The notes under the pieces were generated by a model that saw nothing but the letters and a program-made list of their open reading frames with translations, did no database searches and was not told the origin of the DNA. DNA of 64,000 nucleotides from a virus, in the IMG/VR virus record IMGVR_UViG_3300036781_000236, positions 1 to 64,000 of that record. The stretch is one strand, 5' to 3'. Positions within the stretch are counted from its first letter, which is position 1; each line of letters starts with the position of its first letter. Positions 8,403 to 18,300 of this stretch are shown here, piece by piece. Made by a program: the position numbers and the translations under genes.

Positions 8403-8858
8403 ATGAAGCCCCGTGTTCTCACAATGATCGCCGCCGCTGTCACGGCGCTAACACTGACAGCCACCACACAAGCAGCACCCAGCACCACCGCACCGCCCGC
8501 CACGGTCATCGCCGCCGCGCTCTGCATCCACGACGGCTACCACTACGCGACCCACTGGCAACCAGGCACCCACCTCACCTACACCCTGTACGGCCACGGG
8601 TTCTGGCGCACCACCAAGACGTGGTCCAACGGAGAAGGCTCGTGGACAGGAACCGTCGGGTCGCTCTACGGTGGAGGATTGTCGTTTACGTTGGGCACCT
8701 GGAACCGCGCAGGCGCGCCCTACGCATCCAGCGTGCAGGCCATCGCGCAAGCATCACCCACCGAACAGATACGCAGGCTAGTTCTCATCGTGGCCGGGGA
8801 CGGCGGCTCCTACCGTGAGTGGCCCACCACTGGCCGCGCCTGCAACCTCCCGATGTAA
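8403..8858 (+). CDS. Secreted Rpf-like (resuscitation-promoting factor) lytic transglycosylase
   Basis: Signal peptide; EGSW...YGGGLSFTLGTW...ASPTEQI...WP...C matches the Rpf domain pattern; RBS GGAGG. Confidence 0.8.
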   Translation: MKPRVLTMIAAAVTALTLTATTQAAPSTTAPPATVIAAALCIHDGYHYATHWQPGTHLTYTLYGHGFWRTTKTWSNGEGSWTGTVGSLYGGGLSFTLGTWNRAGAPYASSVQAIAQASPTEQIRRLVLIVAGDGGSYREWPTTGRACNLPM

Positions 8859-8937
8859 GCGATATCCTTTCTGGCGATAGACCCCCGGCTGCCGCGCCCT
8901 CCCCGGCGCGGCAGCCACCCCTTTCCGTCCGCCCCCT

Positions 8938-9360
8938 ATGGCACCCTCCCAAGTTGTGGGACAACGCCGAGCCGACGCGAAAGCCCGCGACGCCTTCGTC
9001 GTCCACAGCGACCCCCTCTCCACCCTCCTGCATGGCTTCGTCACCTCATGGGAGAAGTCACGCCCGCGTGAGACCGGAGGCAAGTTCATCTCCGGTAACC
9101 GCCGACAGGAGATCGTCCCCATCAGCCCCGTCGCATGGTTGGAAACTGAGTCAGGTGTCAGCCGTCACCAGATCAGCAACATCCTACGACGCCGCACAAG
9201 GTTCACTGAGCTACGGGTAGCCGACAGCCTCGTAGCGGCGGTGGGACGGCCTGACGCGTTCTACGACGGCACGTTAGACGTGATCGAGAACCCGCACGCT
9301 TCGCGCGCCACACGCGATGTGGAAGCACAGCAGTCCCTCACAGGGAACGGGGCGCTCTAA
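8938..9360 (+). CDS. HTH DNA-binding protein (Cro/CI-like)
   Basis: WLETESGVSRHQISNILRRRTRFTELRVADSLVAAVG resembles an XRE HTH. Confidence 0.6.
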   Translation: MAPSQVVGQRRADAKARDAFVVHSDPLSTLLHGFVTSWEKSRPRETGGKFISGNRRQEIVPISPVAWLETESGVSRHQISNILRRRTRFTELRVADSLVAAVGRPDAFYDGTLDVIENPHASRATRDVEAQQSLTGNGAL

Positions 9361-9589
9361 CCCCAGAACTGCACGGCAGCGGTCGCAACAGCGACACCAG
9401 CCACGAACACCGAGGTACGCGCGACACGGCTCCGCACCGTGACGACGGTGGTGTAGCAGCAGTACGCGAAACCGTCGCGCATCCACCCCGCCGGTAGAGA
9501 CATCGCAGCGGTCCTACCCGACATGCCACCCACCACCACAGGGCACTGGGAAACGGGGCACCGCACACACGGCTTCGGCAACTGCTCCA

Positions 9590-10108
9590 CTACCCTCCGA
9601 CCTTCGGCAGCGGCGGCACGCCTTTGCAGTCAGCGCCCTGCAACGCCACCAGAAACTCATGCTCCCCCGCCGTGTCACGTACAGCCAACGCCGACAACGC
9701 CGCTTTCTGCGCCGCCGTCAGATCAGGGATCGCCGCCAATGTTCCCGATCCAGCCGCGATCTCGCGTTCCACCAGAGCCTCCAACACCCCCACCACCTGA
9801 TGCGTACGCGCGCACGAAGCGACCTCAGCCTGGTGCAGAACCGTCACCTGCGCGTTCCGTTGCGCCCGGCTCGTCGTGGTGTTCGCTTCCAACGCCCACA
9901 CCCCCAACGCGGCAGCGACGATAGCCAGCACGAACCCAAGGCCAAGCTGCCACCGCTCCACCGTTACGGGACGCCGTATCACCAGCAAAGCCTGTCGCCG
10001 ACCATGACCTGAACTATGACGCTCACAGCGGATACCGCCCCAACGTACACCCATACAGGGTGCGCGTTGGTTGCCAAAAGCACACGTGCTATGAGCGGAC
10101 GAGACCAC
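9590..10108 (-). CDS. Membrane protein of lysis region (true start probably ~9960)
   Basis: Single TM helix then coiled region; downstream of holin-like gene. Confidence 0.5.
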   Translation of the reverse strand: MVSSAHSTCAFGNQRAPCMGVRWGGIRCERHSSGHGRRQALLVIRRPVTVERWQLGLGFVLAIVAAALGVWALEANTTTSRAQRNAQVTVLHQAEVASCARTHQVVGVLEALVEREIAAGSGTLAAIPDLTAAQKAALSALAVRDTAGEHEFLVALQGADCKGVPPLPKVGG

Positions 10109-10170
10109 AAACGGTGGCTCTCATCGCGGCCGAGACGCATAACTCCTACAGTCCCCACAACCACCAGTAG

Positions 10171-10383
10171 CTACTCGCCACCGTCGCTGCCGCCCTTACC
10201 GACCACGCTCTTGAAGAACACCAGCCCCGCCGCCACAGTCAGCAACGAAGGGTCACGGAGCTTGTCAACGAGCACCGCGTACACCACCAAAATCAGTCCC
10301 AGGTAGCGCGCCAACGTACCGAACCACGAATCGAGTTCGGCACGTGCTCGGCGATCTAGACGCCCCCATAGACTCCTCCGCAC
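10171..10383 (-). CDS. Holin-like small membrane protein
   Basis: 70 aa, two TM helices, downstream of tail genes. Confidence 0.5.
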   Translation of the reverse strand: MRRSLWGRLDRRARAELDSWFGTLARYLGLILVVYAVLVDKLRDPSLLTVAAGLVFFKSVVGKGGSDGGE

Positions 10384-10609
10384 CCCTCACCGATCCCGCC
10401 GCCACAACACACGCACCATGGTACAACGGCACCCCGCCCGTATCCCCCAAACCGGGGACACCTACCTCACCTGCGACGGCTTCGGAACCTCCACCAGAAC
10501 CCCCGTAGACAGACAGTCCTTCACGTACGGGTCGTCCGCCGGGACAAACCGTATCTCCCCCACCCCGAACCTTGGGAGGTGAACCGTCGCCCGAACCCAC
10601 ACCATCCGA

Positions 10610-10828
10610 TCACCCACCGTTCTGCCCCAACAGTTTCTCGATGGCAGGTACCAACGCGGCCCGAGCAGCCGCTTCATCCGCGGCTTGAATGTCCACGGTC
10701 GCGTTCAATGCTGCGACCAGATCGAAGGTGAACACAGGTGGTGTCCAATCTGTGCGTGGTGCGGAGCAGGCAGCGCTTTCAGCGAGTCCTGCCGCCTGCT
10801 CCGCGAACGGTGACGGATCGACGGTCAC
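10610..10828 (-). CDS. Hypothetical protein, paralogue of a domain in 10825..11592
   Basis: FDLVAALNATVDIQAADEAAARAALV vs VDLTQALNATIDVAAYTADGARASVV. Confidence 0.6.
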   Translation of the reverse strand: MTVDPSPFAEQAAGLAESAACSAPRTDWTPPVFTFDLVAALNATVDIQAADEAAARAALVPAIEKLLGQNGG

Positions 10829-11592
10829 GCCGCGATCCCCGTCACCACAAGCCCCTTGGAGCTATTCCTGAGCGTCACCTTCACGGTGTGCTTCTTCGCA
10901 AGCAGCGCCTTGATCCTGGCGAGCGCTACGGTTTTACCGTTCACCGTCAACCGCACCGTCGGTGCCAACGTCACATGCTCCGCCAACGCCTTCGTCAACG
11001 TCGCCGCCACGGTCGGCTGCTTCGCCGCCTGCGCCCCCACATAAATCTGGATCGGGGCGTACACCGTCCCTCCCGAAGAGAGGACAGGTGCAAGCGTAGG
11101 ACTCGAAGTCTCAACCGTCGGGACTGCGGCTGGGTCAGTCGAACCAGAAGTTGAGGATGGCGACACCGTGACATCCGAAGGATGTGTCGTCGCTGTTGTG
11201 CTCGCGGTGGGGGCCGTAGCAGCAACCGTTGCTGGTACGACAAGCGCGGGCGTTGAGGATGGCGCAGGACTCACGGGGGCAAGAGGACGCCCTGCCGCCT
11301 CCCACAGATCCTCCTGAATATCTCCAACCACGGATGCGCGCGCTCCGTCTGCTGTATAGGCTGCCACGTCAATCGTGGCATTCAACGCCTGCGTGAGATC
11401 CACTCTCCAAATCGGGACAGGACCCCAAGAGTCACCCACGTAGGTGACGGTCGCAGCGTTATCAATAGCCTGAGCTTGCTGAAGATACGGAGCTAGCTCA
11501 TCGGAACTTCCACCTGCTACAGCTACCGAGGTCACCCAGAACGACATAGCGACAACCGCTACTAGACAAAGGAAGCGAATGGTCTTACTCAT
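10825..11592 (-). CDS. Secreted protein with Ser/Thr/Pro-rich linker
   Basis: Signal peptide, PST-rich middle, basic C-terminal domain; RBS GAGGAG; own promoter. Confidence 0.75.
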   Translation of the reverse strand: MSKTIRFLCLVAVVAMSFWVTSVAVAGGSSDELAPYLQQAQAIDNAATVTYVGDSWGPVPIWRVDLTQALNATIDVAAYTADGARASVVGDIQEDLWEAAGRPLAPVSPAPSSTPALVVPATVAATAPTASTTATTHPSDVTVSPSSTSGSTDPAAVPTVETSSPTLAPVLSSGGTVYAPIQIYVGAQAAKQPTVAATLTKALAEHVTLAPTVRLTVNGKTVALARIKALLAKKHTVKVTLRNSSKGLVVTGIAA

Positions 11593-11625
11593 AGTCTTTC
11601 TCCTCTCATGTTCTATGAACTCATA

Positions 11626-11654
11626 CGTATAGCAGGATTAGTTAGTCCTGTCAA
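11626..11654 (-). promoter_or_regulatory. Promoter TTGACA-17-TATACG overlapped by CCTGCTATACG box
   Basis: Consensus -35; box at the -10 position. Confidence 0.65.
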
Positions 11655-11655
11655 G

Positions 11656-12495
11656 TTACAGGTAGTCACATACTGCCATCAAAACCGTAGATCCCCTATC
11701 TCCACGGAAGAAGAGGTTCGTTGAGTTCTGCGCCTGACCATTGAGATAATACGGTGTAGCCGCAACTACAGAAATGGTTTTCGTCCTGTACACAGGCACC
11801 TGCAAAGTCAGGTTTCCAGAGACTGTCTCAGTGGCTTCAAGAATGGCGTCCCCATGAAGGTCTGGGTCTGACGCACTGGTGCTAGCAGTAGATAGAGCTG
11901 CACCCATTTCTGTGCTTACGTCACCTGAACCAGCACCAGCACTTTCTAGGTTCACCTGAAAACTAATCTTCCAAGAACCTATAGGTACTGTCATCGACAG
12001 AGAGCCGATGTTGTACCAAGTTCCATTCACAGGAGACGCTTGAGACAAGTTCGATGTGCTTTTCACGATCACTGACCATCCAGAAGATGGTCTAGGGAAC
12101 CCTATAGGTGAGTTCATATAGCTAAACGAAGGAACAGTGATCGCACTGTTGGCTAGCGTATAGGTTGTTCCTCCGTACAACGTAATGGTAGTCGAGCTGA
12201 CCGCAGTCACGATGAAGTACAGAGTGACACTGGACTGAACAAGACTGAACTTCGATCCGACAGGAACGATGCCCGTGAGATCGATGCTCGTGGTTGCGAC
12301 GAAAGTTGGAGACGCTGCGCTGCTGAAAGCGAGTGTTGCTCCCACTGAAATCCATCCTCCGTTCAAGGAAGCAAGAACCCCGGCCGCGCTAACCGACAGG
12401 AGGTTCTGCGCGCTCGGGTCGAGGATGAGGTCAGCCTCTAGGACACCACCAGCGGTGGAGGAGGCGATGCTGTTGGTGTTAGTGGCGCATCCCAT
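11656..12495 (-). CDS. Tail fibre / receptor-binding-like protein
   Basis: Last gene of tail module; Ser/Thr/Gly beta-rich; markedly lower GC. Confidence 0.65.
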   Translation of the reverse strand: MGCATNTNSIASSTAGGVLEADLILDPSAQNLLSVSAAGVLASLNGGWISVGATLAFSSAASPTFVATTSIDLTGIVPVGSKFSLVQSSVTLYFIVTAVSSTTITLYGGTTYTLANSAITVPSFSYMNSPIGFPRPSSGWSVIVKSTSNLSQASPVNGTWYNIGSLSMTVPIGSWKISFQVNLESAGAGSGDVSTEMGAALSTASTSASDPDLHGDAILEATETVSGNLTLQVPVYRTKTISVVAATPYYLNGQAQNSTNLFFRGDRGSTVLMAVCDYL

Positions 12496-12537
12496 AGTTG
12501 TCTCCCTTGATTGTACGGTTCGAGGCGGGTAGCAGTG

Positions 12538-12762
12538 CTAGACGAGGGCGATCGTGGCGTGCTTGCCATCGGTGACGTTCGTGAACGTCACCGTGTCCCC
12601 GGACGCGGACACCTGGATCAGGACTTTCCCGACCTGGATCTCGGTGCCGAACGACACTCGGCCTGCGTTCTGCGCCCCCCGATTGAGTTTGTCTAGTTGG
12701 TCGTCCACGTGGCGCATCCACGCGAGCAAAGTCTGGTTGAGGGGAGGAATATTCCTGTCCAC
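12538..12762 (-). CDS. Small minor tail protein
   Basis: GTG start overlapping upstream TAG; coiled coil then beta strands (3' part of ORF 12538..13272). Confidence 0.6.
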   Translation of the reverse strand: MDRNIPPLNQTLLAWMRHVDDQLDKLNRGAQNAGRVSFGTEIQVGKVLIQVSASGDTVTFTNVTDGKHATIALV

Positions 12763-14162
12763 TAGCTTGCTCCTGTTTGCCCGACTGGCTGGAACGACGG
12801 GATGACCTGCTCGATCTGGTTCTCCCCTGCGGTGTAGTTCACCTGGATACCCCCGAGCCGGAACTGACCCTGAACTGGGATCGTGGTCTTCGTGAGGTTG
12901 AGGTAGCAGGTCGCTCCGGGAACGAGCACCGACATGGGAAACGGGGCGGTCGCAGCGAGGATACCGCCCGTTACCGTGACTGGTGCCTGCGTGAGCAGCA
13001 AACGCGACTGCGCGGCGGACTGCGCCGTCGTGTTGTCCTGGATGGTGGTGTCCGACGCGACGCTCTCCAACAGGCCGTCCTCCAACGCAGCGTCCACGTC
13101 GGGGCCTGCCGCACCGACGATGGTTGCCCCAGCGACACCGTTCCCCGACCCGGTAACGATCCAGCTGTTCGCCTGCACGCTCCCGTCTGGGGTGACGGTC
13201 GGGATGTTGATGAAGTGCTCGTCCGTGAACGTGGGTGTGATCGGTGCGGTCGGGACGACAGCGCCTCCGCACAGCACGTCACGGGCGATACATGTCCAGT
13301 CGACGCCGCTGTTGGAGAGGGTGCGGATCTGCTGACCGGCGATCTGGTATTGCACGGCGAGGATCTGCGGTGTCCCCAAAATCCCGCACGGGGACGGCGT
13401 GACGAACAGGCCGGGGCTGTTGTCTGGGGCCATCGCGTCGTCGCTGATCGCCTGCAAAATGTACGCCAAATCGGTTGGGTCATCTGTGTAGTCGTGGTCT
13501 TCGTGGATGAGACGGTGGTCCCACCATGCGGTCAAGTCCCTGGCGTTGATCGACAACTGGTCGGGTTGCCCGTTCGGGTTCCCGGTGGGGGTGAACACGG
13601 GTCCGACCCACACCTGCACCCCGTCACGGATCAGCGCGATCTCGTTCTTCCACGGCTTCACAGTCCCGACAGGAGACCCGCATGTCCCGTCTGCTTCCAC
13701 CGTCGCCTGCGAGGTGTCGTCCAAGACACGTGACCATCCGAGCTGCGACCACGGGAACAGGACACGGTTCGACTCTGTTGGGATCACGCTGCTCATCTGG
13801 CCCCCGCCGCGAGGCTGGACATACACCTCGTAGGTTCCGCATCCGAGTAGCCCCTGCTCGCTCGTCGTGGCAGGCACGACAGGACCGACGGCCGCCGATG
13901 TTGTCGTTCCTGACCCGGCCACGTTCGTTGCGGTCACCTGCACCCGCAGCAATGCGTTCAGGTCTGCCGTGGATGGCACGTACTCGTAGGTTGTTGCGCC
14001 TCCGATGTTCGTCCAGGACGCACCGTTGTTCGAGGAGCGCTGCCACAGGTACCCGTAGGAGGTCGGCGCGCCCGACCATGCTCCGGGGGAAGACACCAAC
14101 GGGCTTCCCGAAGCGGCTACCCCCGTGATGACAGGGGCGGTGACGATGACAGGGGCAGCCAC
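12762..14162 (-). CDS. Minor tail protein with N-terminal Ig-like domain
   Basis: PVITG...GAWSGAPTSYGYLWQRS...LRVQVTATN Ig-type domain, then WSRVLDDTS...LIRDGVQVWVGPV hub-type domain. Confidence 0.8.
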   Translation of the reverse strand: MAAPVIVTAPVITGVAASGSPLVSSPGAWSGAPTSYGYLWQRSSNNGASWTNIGGATTYEYVPSTADLNALLRVQVTATNVAGSGTTTSAAVGPVVPATTSEQGLLGCGTYEVYVQPRGGGQMSSVIPTESNRVLFPWSQLGWSRVLDDTSQATVEADGTCGSPVGTVKPWKNEIALIRDGVQVWVGPVFTPTGNPNGQPDQLSINARDLTAWWDHRLIHEDHDYTDDPTDLAYILQAISDDAMAPDNSPGLFVTPSPCGILGTPQILAVQYQIAGQQIRTLSNSGVDWTCIARDVLCGGAVVPTAPITPTFTDEHFINIPTVTPDGSVQANSWIVTGSGNGVAGATIVGAAGPDVDAALEDGLLESVASDTTIQDNTTAQSAAQSRLLLTQAPVTVTGGILAATAPFPMSVLVPGATCYLNLTKTTIPVQGQFRLGGIQVNYTAGENQIEQVIPSFQPVGQTGAS

Positions 14163-14203
14163 TAGCCCGTCACGCCCGCGTGATAATCGGAGGTCATGTC
14201 CGG

Positions 14204-15358
14204 TTAGCCTTGCCGGTTCTGGGTCGCCAACGTCACGTTCACGGTGCCCGCGTAGCAGGAGTATGGCCCCACACAGAACGTGCCCGCCTCGTCGCAGTCC
14301 CTCACTTCGACCCATTCGATGGTCGCGCCGTCCGCCAACGAGACGAGGTAGAGGCCGTCGCTGATCACGCCGTCCTGCTCGATAGTCACCTGATGTTGGG
14401 CGCTATCCACTGTGACCACGGAGCCTGCGGGGATCGTGTCGACCACGATCTGCGCCGCCGCCGCACCTGAACCTTCAGGGTAGTAGGCGACGTAGACGCT
14501 CCCCGCATCCGTTGAGCCACCCTCGAACGTGGCGATGCTGCCAGTAACGCCGAGGGTGGGTGCGGTCACGTTGCAGCATCCGGTCATGCCGCCGCTTCCG
14601 AACAGGAAGTCGCAGATGTTGTCGCACTCCTCCTGCGTGATCGTGCCCGTATAGCAAACCTCAGCAGGCTTGTACAGGAACGGGTTCCCCGCGGTGACGG
14701 TGAAGTCGACCATCACGGCGTCGCGGCACCCGCCGAGGTACCCGCCGAACTGACCTGTGAAGTAGTCCCCTTCAGTCGGGCCGTCCGTCAGGGCAGCGCT
14801 GTAGCTGTACCAAAGTCCTTGGTCGTCGTCGGTGCAGTTGTCGGGGGGGCATACGAGTCGCACCGCGAGATTGCTGGTTGAGCATGTGTCGCACTCCGAC
14901 GCCTGCAAGATTTGGGTGAGCCACCGCAACCCGAACTCAGTGCCCTCATCCGACCCGGAGATCATCACCCCAGTGAACTTCCACTCCCGTGGCTTCCTTT
15001 GCTGAGACCCGAACGTGCCTCCGCCGAGTCCCGTGTACCGCTGTACAATCGGCCGCGTCACGGTGCTGTCGTACCCGGTGATGTCGAGGAGAACCAAGCC
15101 GAGGAAGTCCGCGGAACCAGGCTCGTCGGGGTCGTACCACGGTGCTGGGTCCGCTGCGGGCGACACGAACGTGGTGGGGGTGCAGTTCGTACCTGTGCGG
15201 TAGAGGACACCGCAGGGGGTGCTGTGCCCGTACTGCCAATGCCCGCTGATCGCCAGCCCGTTGCGGATGTACTCGAACGTGCGGGCGACGTTCGCTACCT
15301 CCACCCCGTTCCATTGGAGGAACGCGAGAGGCCCCTGGTTGCCGCCCTCCCTGCTCAT
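14204..15358 (-). CDS. Distal tail (Dit-like) minor tail protein
   Basis: Immediately after tape measure; PAADPAPWYDP...FLG, GLRWL, AGNPFLY motifs. Confidence 0.8.
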   Translation of the reverse strand: MSREGGNQGPLAFLQWNGVEVANVARTFEYIRNGLAISGHWQYGHSTPCGVLYRTGTNCTPTTFVSPAADPAPWYDPDEPGSADFLGLVLLDITGYDSTVTRPIVQRYTGLGGGTFGSQQRKPREWKFTGVMISGSDEGTEFGLRWLTQILQASECDTCSTSNLAVRLVCPPDNCTDDDQGLWYSYSAALTDGPTEGDYFTGQFGGYLGGCRDAVMVDFTVTAGNPFLYKPAEVCYTGTITQEECDNICDFLFGSGGMTGCCNVTAPTLGVTGSIATFEGGSTDAGSVYVAYYPEGSGAAAAQIVVDTIPAGSVVTVDSAQHQVTIEQDGVISDGLYLVSLADGATIEWVEVRDCDEAGTFCVGPYSCYAGTVNVTLATQNRQG

Positions 15359-18300
15359 CGGCGTGCGTCCGCCGCGACGAAGTTCGAGTTGTTACCCGTA
15401 GTCACGGTCACCTTCACGGCGGGCTTCGTCAACAGCTTCGTCTGCTTCTGCAACTCAGCAACGATACTGCCGTTCTCTGATGTCAACTCCGGTGCGCCCG
15501 AAGCACCTGTTCCCGTGGTGTCACCGGCCCCTACAGCGCCAGCGCCCTGGCCCGTCTGGAACGTCGAGAGCGACCCGGCGGCAGCGGATGCCGCGGACGC
15601 GAACCCAGCGATCAACGCTGACGCGCTGTTCTGCCCTGCCGTGAACCATGTCGGGTCAAGCCCGAAGTTTTTCATGGCCGAGAGCACGTCAGTGTTGAAG
15701 TCATCGATGCTCTCGCCGCGCGCTTCCAGGCTCGTCTCCAGGTCGTTCAGCTGATCTTGTAGCGCCGTCGCCTGAAGGTCACGGAGGTCCTGGTAGTTCT
15801 GCACGGCTGCGTTGTATTCGTCGTTCAATGCTTGCACCTGGGCGTCATGTGCGTTCTGCGCAGCTGTGGTTTGGATCTGCGCCTGCGTGTCGGCGGCGGT
15901 GCGCTCCAACGCAGCCTGCTTCTGCAACGCATCCAGCTGCTGGCTGTACAGCGCGTCGTTCAGCGCGTCCTGGTCGGACACCTGCTGATCCGCAGCCTGA
16001 GACTGCGCGTCCGCCAACTGGCCCTGCGCGTCCGTGACGGAGTCCTTCAACCCCTGCAACGTGTCCGGGTCGACCATCGCGCTCTTCGCCGCAGCGAGCG
16101 CGTTCTCAGCCCCCAGGAACTCCAGTTCCGCCCGTGCCGCAGCGGGGGTGTTCTTCTGTGCCGCCGCGACCTTCGCCTCCGCGGCGTTCAACGCGTCCGT
16201 GAGCTTCTGGATCGTCGCCTGCGACGGACCCTGCGTGTTCGCCTTGTCCAGATCCGTCTGCGCCTTCGCCAACGCCGACTCCGCGTCCGCGATGTTCTTC
16301 GCGCTCGCAGCGGCATCGGTGGACAGCTGCTTCTGAGCATCCGAAATCTGCTTCGCCAAGTCCGCGGTGTTCTTCGCGTCCTGCATGTTCTGGACGATCT
16401 GCTCCGTCGGCGTCAACGCGGACTGCTGCGCCTGGATCGCCGCCAATGTGGCGTTCAACTGGTCGTCCTGCTGCTGCGTCGCGGTGTTCAACGCGGCCGT
16501 CATCGTGTCGATGTGCTGCTGTGTCTGCCTGTCGAACAGGCTCATGGCGACGCTCGCCATGTTGCTCCAGTCCTGCTCGAACTTCGACTTCAACGCATCC
16601 ATCTCCGTCTGCACAGCCTGCGCCAAGTTCTGCATCGCCGTCTTCGCACGCGCCACCCCAGCCGACGTGACGACCGTCGCGATCTGCGTACGCAACGCAG
16701 CCAACCCCGGAGCCAGTGCCTGCTGCGCGTCCGTGGGGAACTCACCGATCTGCTTCGCCAACTGCGACACCTGCGCCTTGTCCGATGCCACCGCCGTGTC
16801 GATCTTCGTGTCGTTCTTGATGTTCGTCGCGAACGCCTTCAACCTCGCCTGCGCCTTCTCCAAGTCCGCAGGAGAAGCGATGTTCGCGAACAGCTTGTTC
16901 ACCTGCGCCAACCCCGGAGATACCTTCTCCTGCATCACCTCAGGCATCTGCCCAATCGTCTGCGTTAGCGACGCGATCTGCGTCTTAGCCTTTGTCGTCG
17001 CGGTGTCGATCTTCAAGTCGTTCCTGAATGTGTCGCTGATCCCCTTCACTTCCTTCTGGATCTTGTCGCGCCCCCCAGCGGTGCCAGCGTCGATGCTCGC
17101 CATGAGGTCGTCCACCTGGCTCTTGAGCTTCGATCGGGTTGCGGGGTTCGCGATCTGCGACAGTTTGTCGTTCAGGTCGGAGACCTTCGACTCCTCACCC
17201 TTCGAGAACTTGTCGAACGACAGCGCGTCGCTCACCGACGACGAGAACTTCGACACGTCCGACCTGACTTTCGCGGCAGCGTCAGGTCCGAGTCCCTTCG
17301 TGATCTCGCCGAGGATCTGTGCGCCGCGTGCGCGCAGCTTGTCGCCGAGAGCATCCGGGAAGACACCCTTGCTCTTGTCCAGCAGGTCGTTGACGGATTG
17401 GCGCATATCCGCGACGGCGGTGGCGCTCAACCCTCCCGCGCCTCCACCAGTGTCTCCGGACGTGAACTTCGGGATGACGCCTGCCCCGGTCTGCGCTGCT
17501 TTGATCGCCTTCGCGATAGCCGTCGGGTCGAACTTGACACTGTCCTTCGCTGACTTCAACTTCTCGTACTCAGCAAGACCAGCCTTGTACGCTGCGGACT
17601 CGATCAGTGGATGACCTGGTCCGATGATGTTCTGCCCCGACGATGGGTTATAGGGTCTCCCCTTCAGCGCGTCGGCGTAATCGAGATACGATCCCGAACC
17701 TTCCGGGTAAGGATTGCTTCCAACAGTCTTGTCTCCAGCAACGCTGGAGGGGTTTGCGAGCGCAGCGATAATGACGCCCAGAGCGCCTCCCTTCGTCCCG
17801 CTCCCCTTCAACAGTTTGCTAGCGATAGTCCCGCCAATTCCTCCTCCGAGGAGGCTTCCTGTCGATCCTCCTGATCCACCTAGGTTCCCGCCGAGAACAC
17901 CCCCCAACGCGCCTCCTCCTAGAGTCGCGGCTAGCGTAAGCAGGGTTCCGCTAAGCGCGGAAACACCGCCCGCGGAAGCGAGCGCGGTATCGCCGATTGT
18001 CGCAACGGACGCGGCGGCAGCGGCGGACGACTCAGCAGCGACGGTAGCCGTCGTCTCCAACGACGTGTCTAGGACAGCGAGTTCGGCTACGTCACCTGCG
18101 ATCGCGGCCTTCAACGCATCGCGTTTCCAGTACGCGAGCATCAAGCCTCCGAGTACCTCTACCGCATGCCCTGCTCCACCCAAAGCATCGGATAGAAGGT
18201 TGAATGCGTCAGCCCCAGTCTTGACGACTTCTCCGACAACTGACATGACTCCCTCGAAGTCCTGCACGGCTTGCGTCACGTCCCGCTGGATACGTTCCGA

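Noticed and set aside
14127-14156. 12-bp direct repeat GATGACAGGGGC
   Set aside because: Simply encodes APVI twice at a protein N-terminus; no further evidence of function
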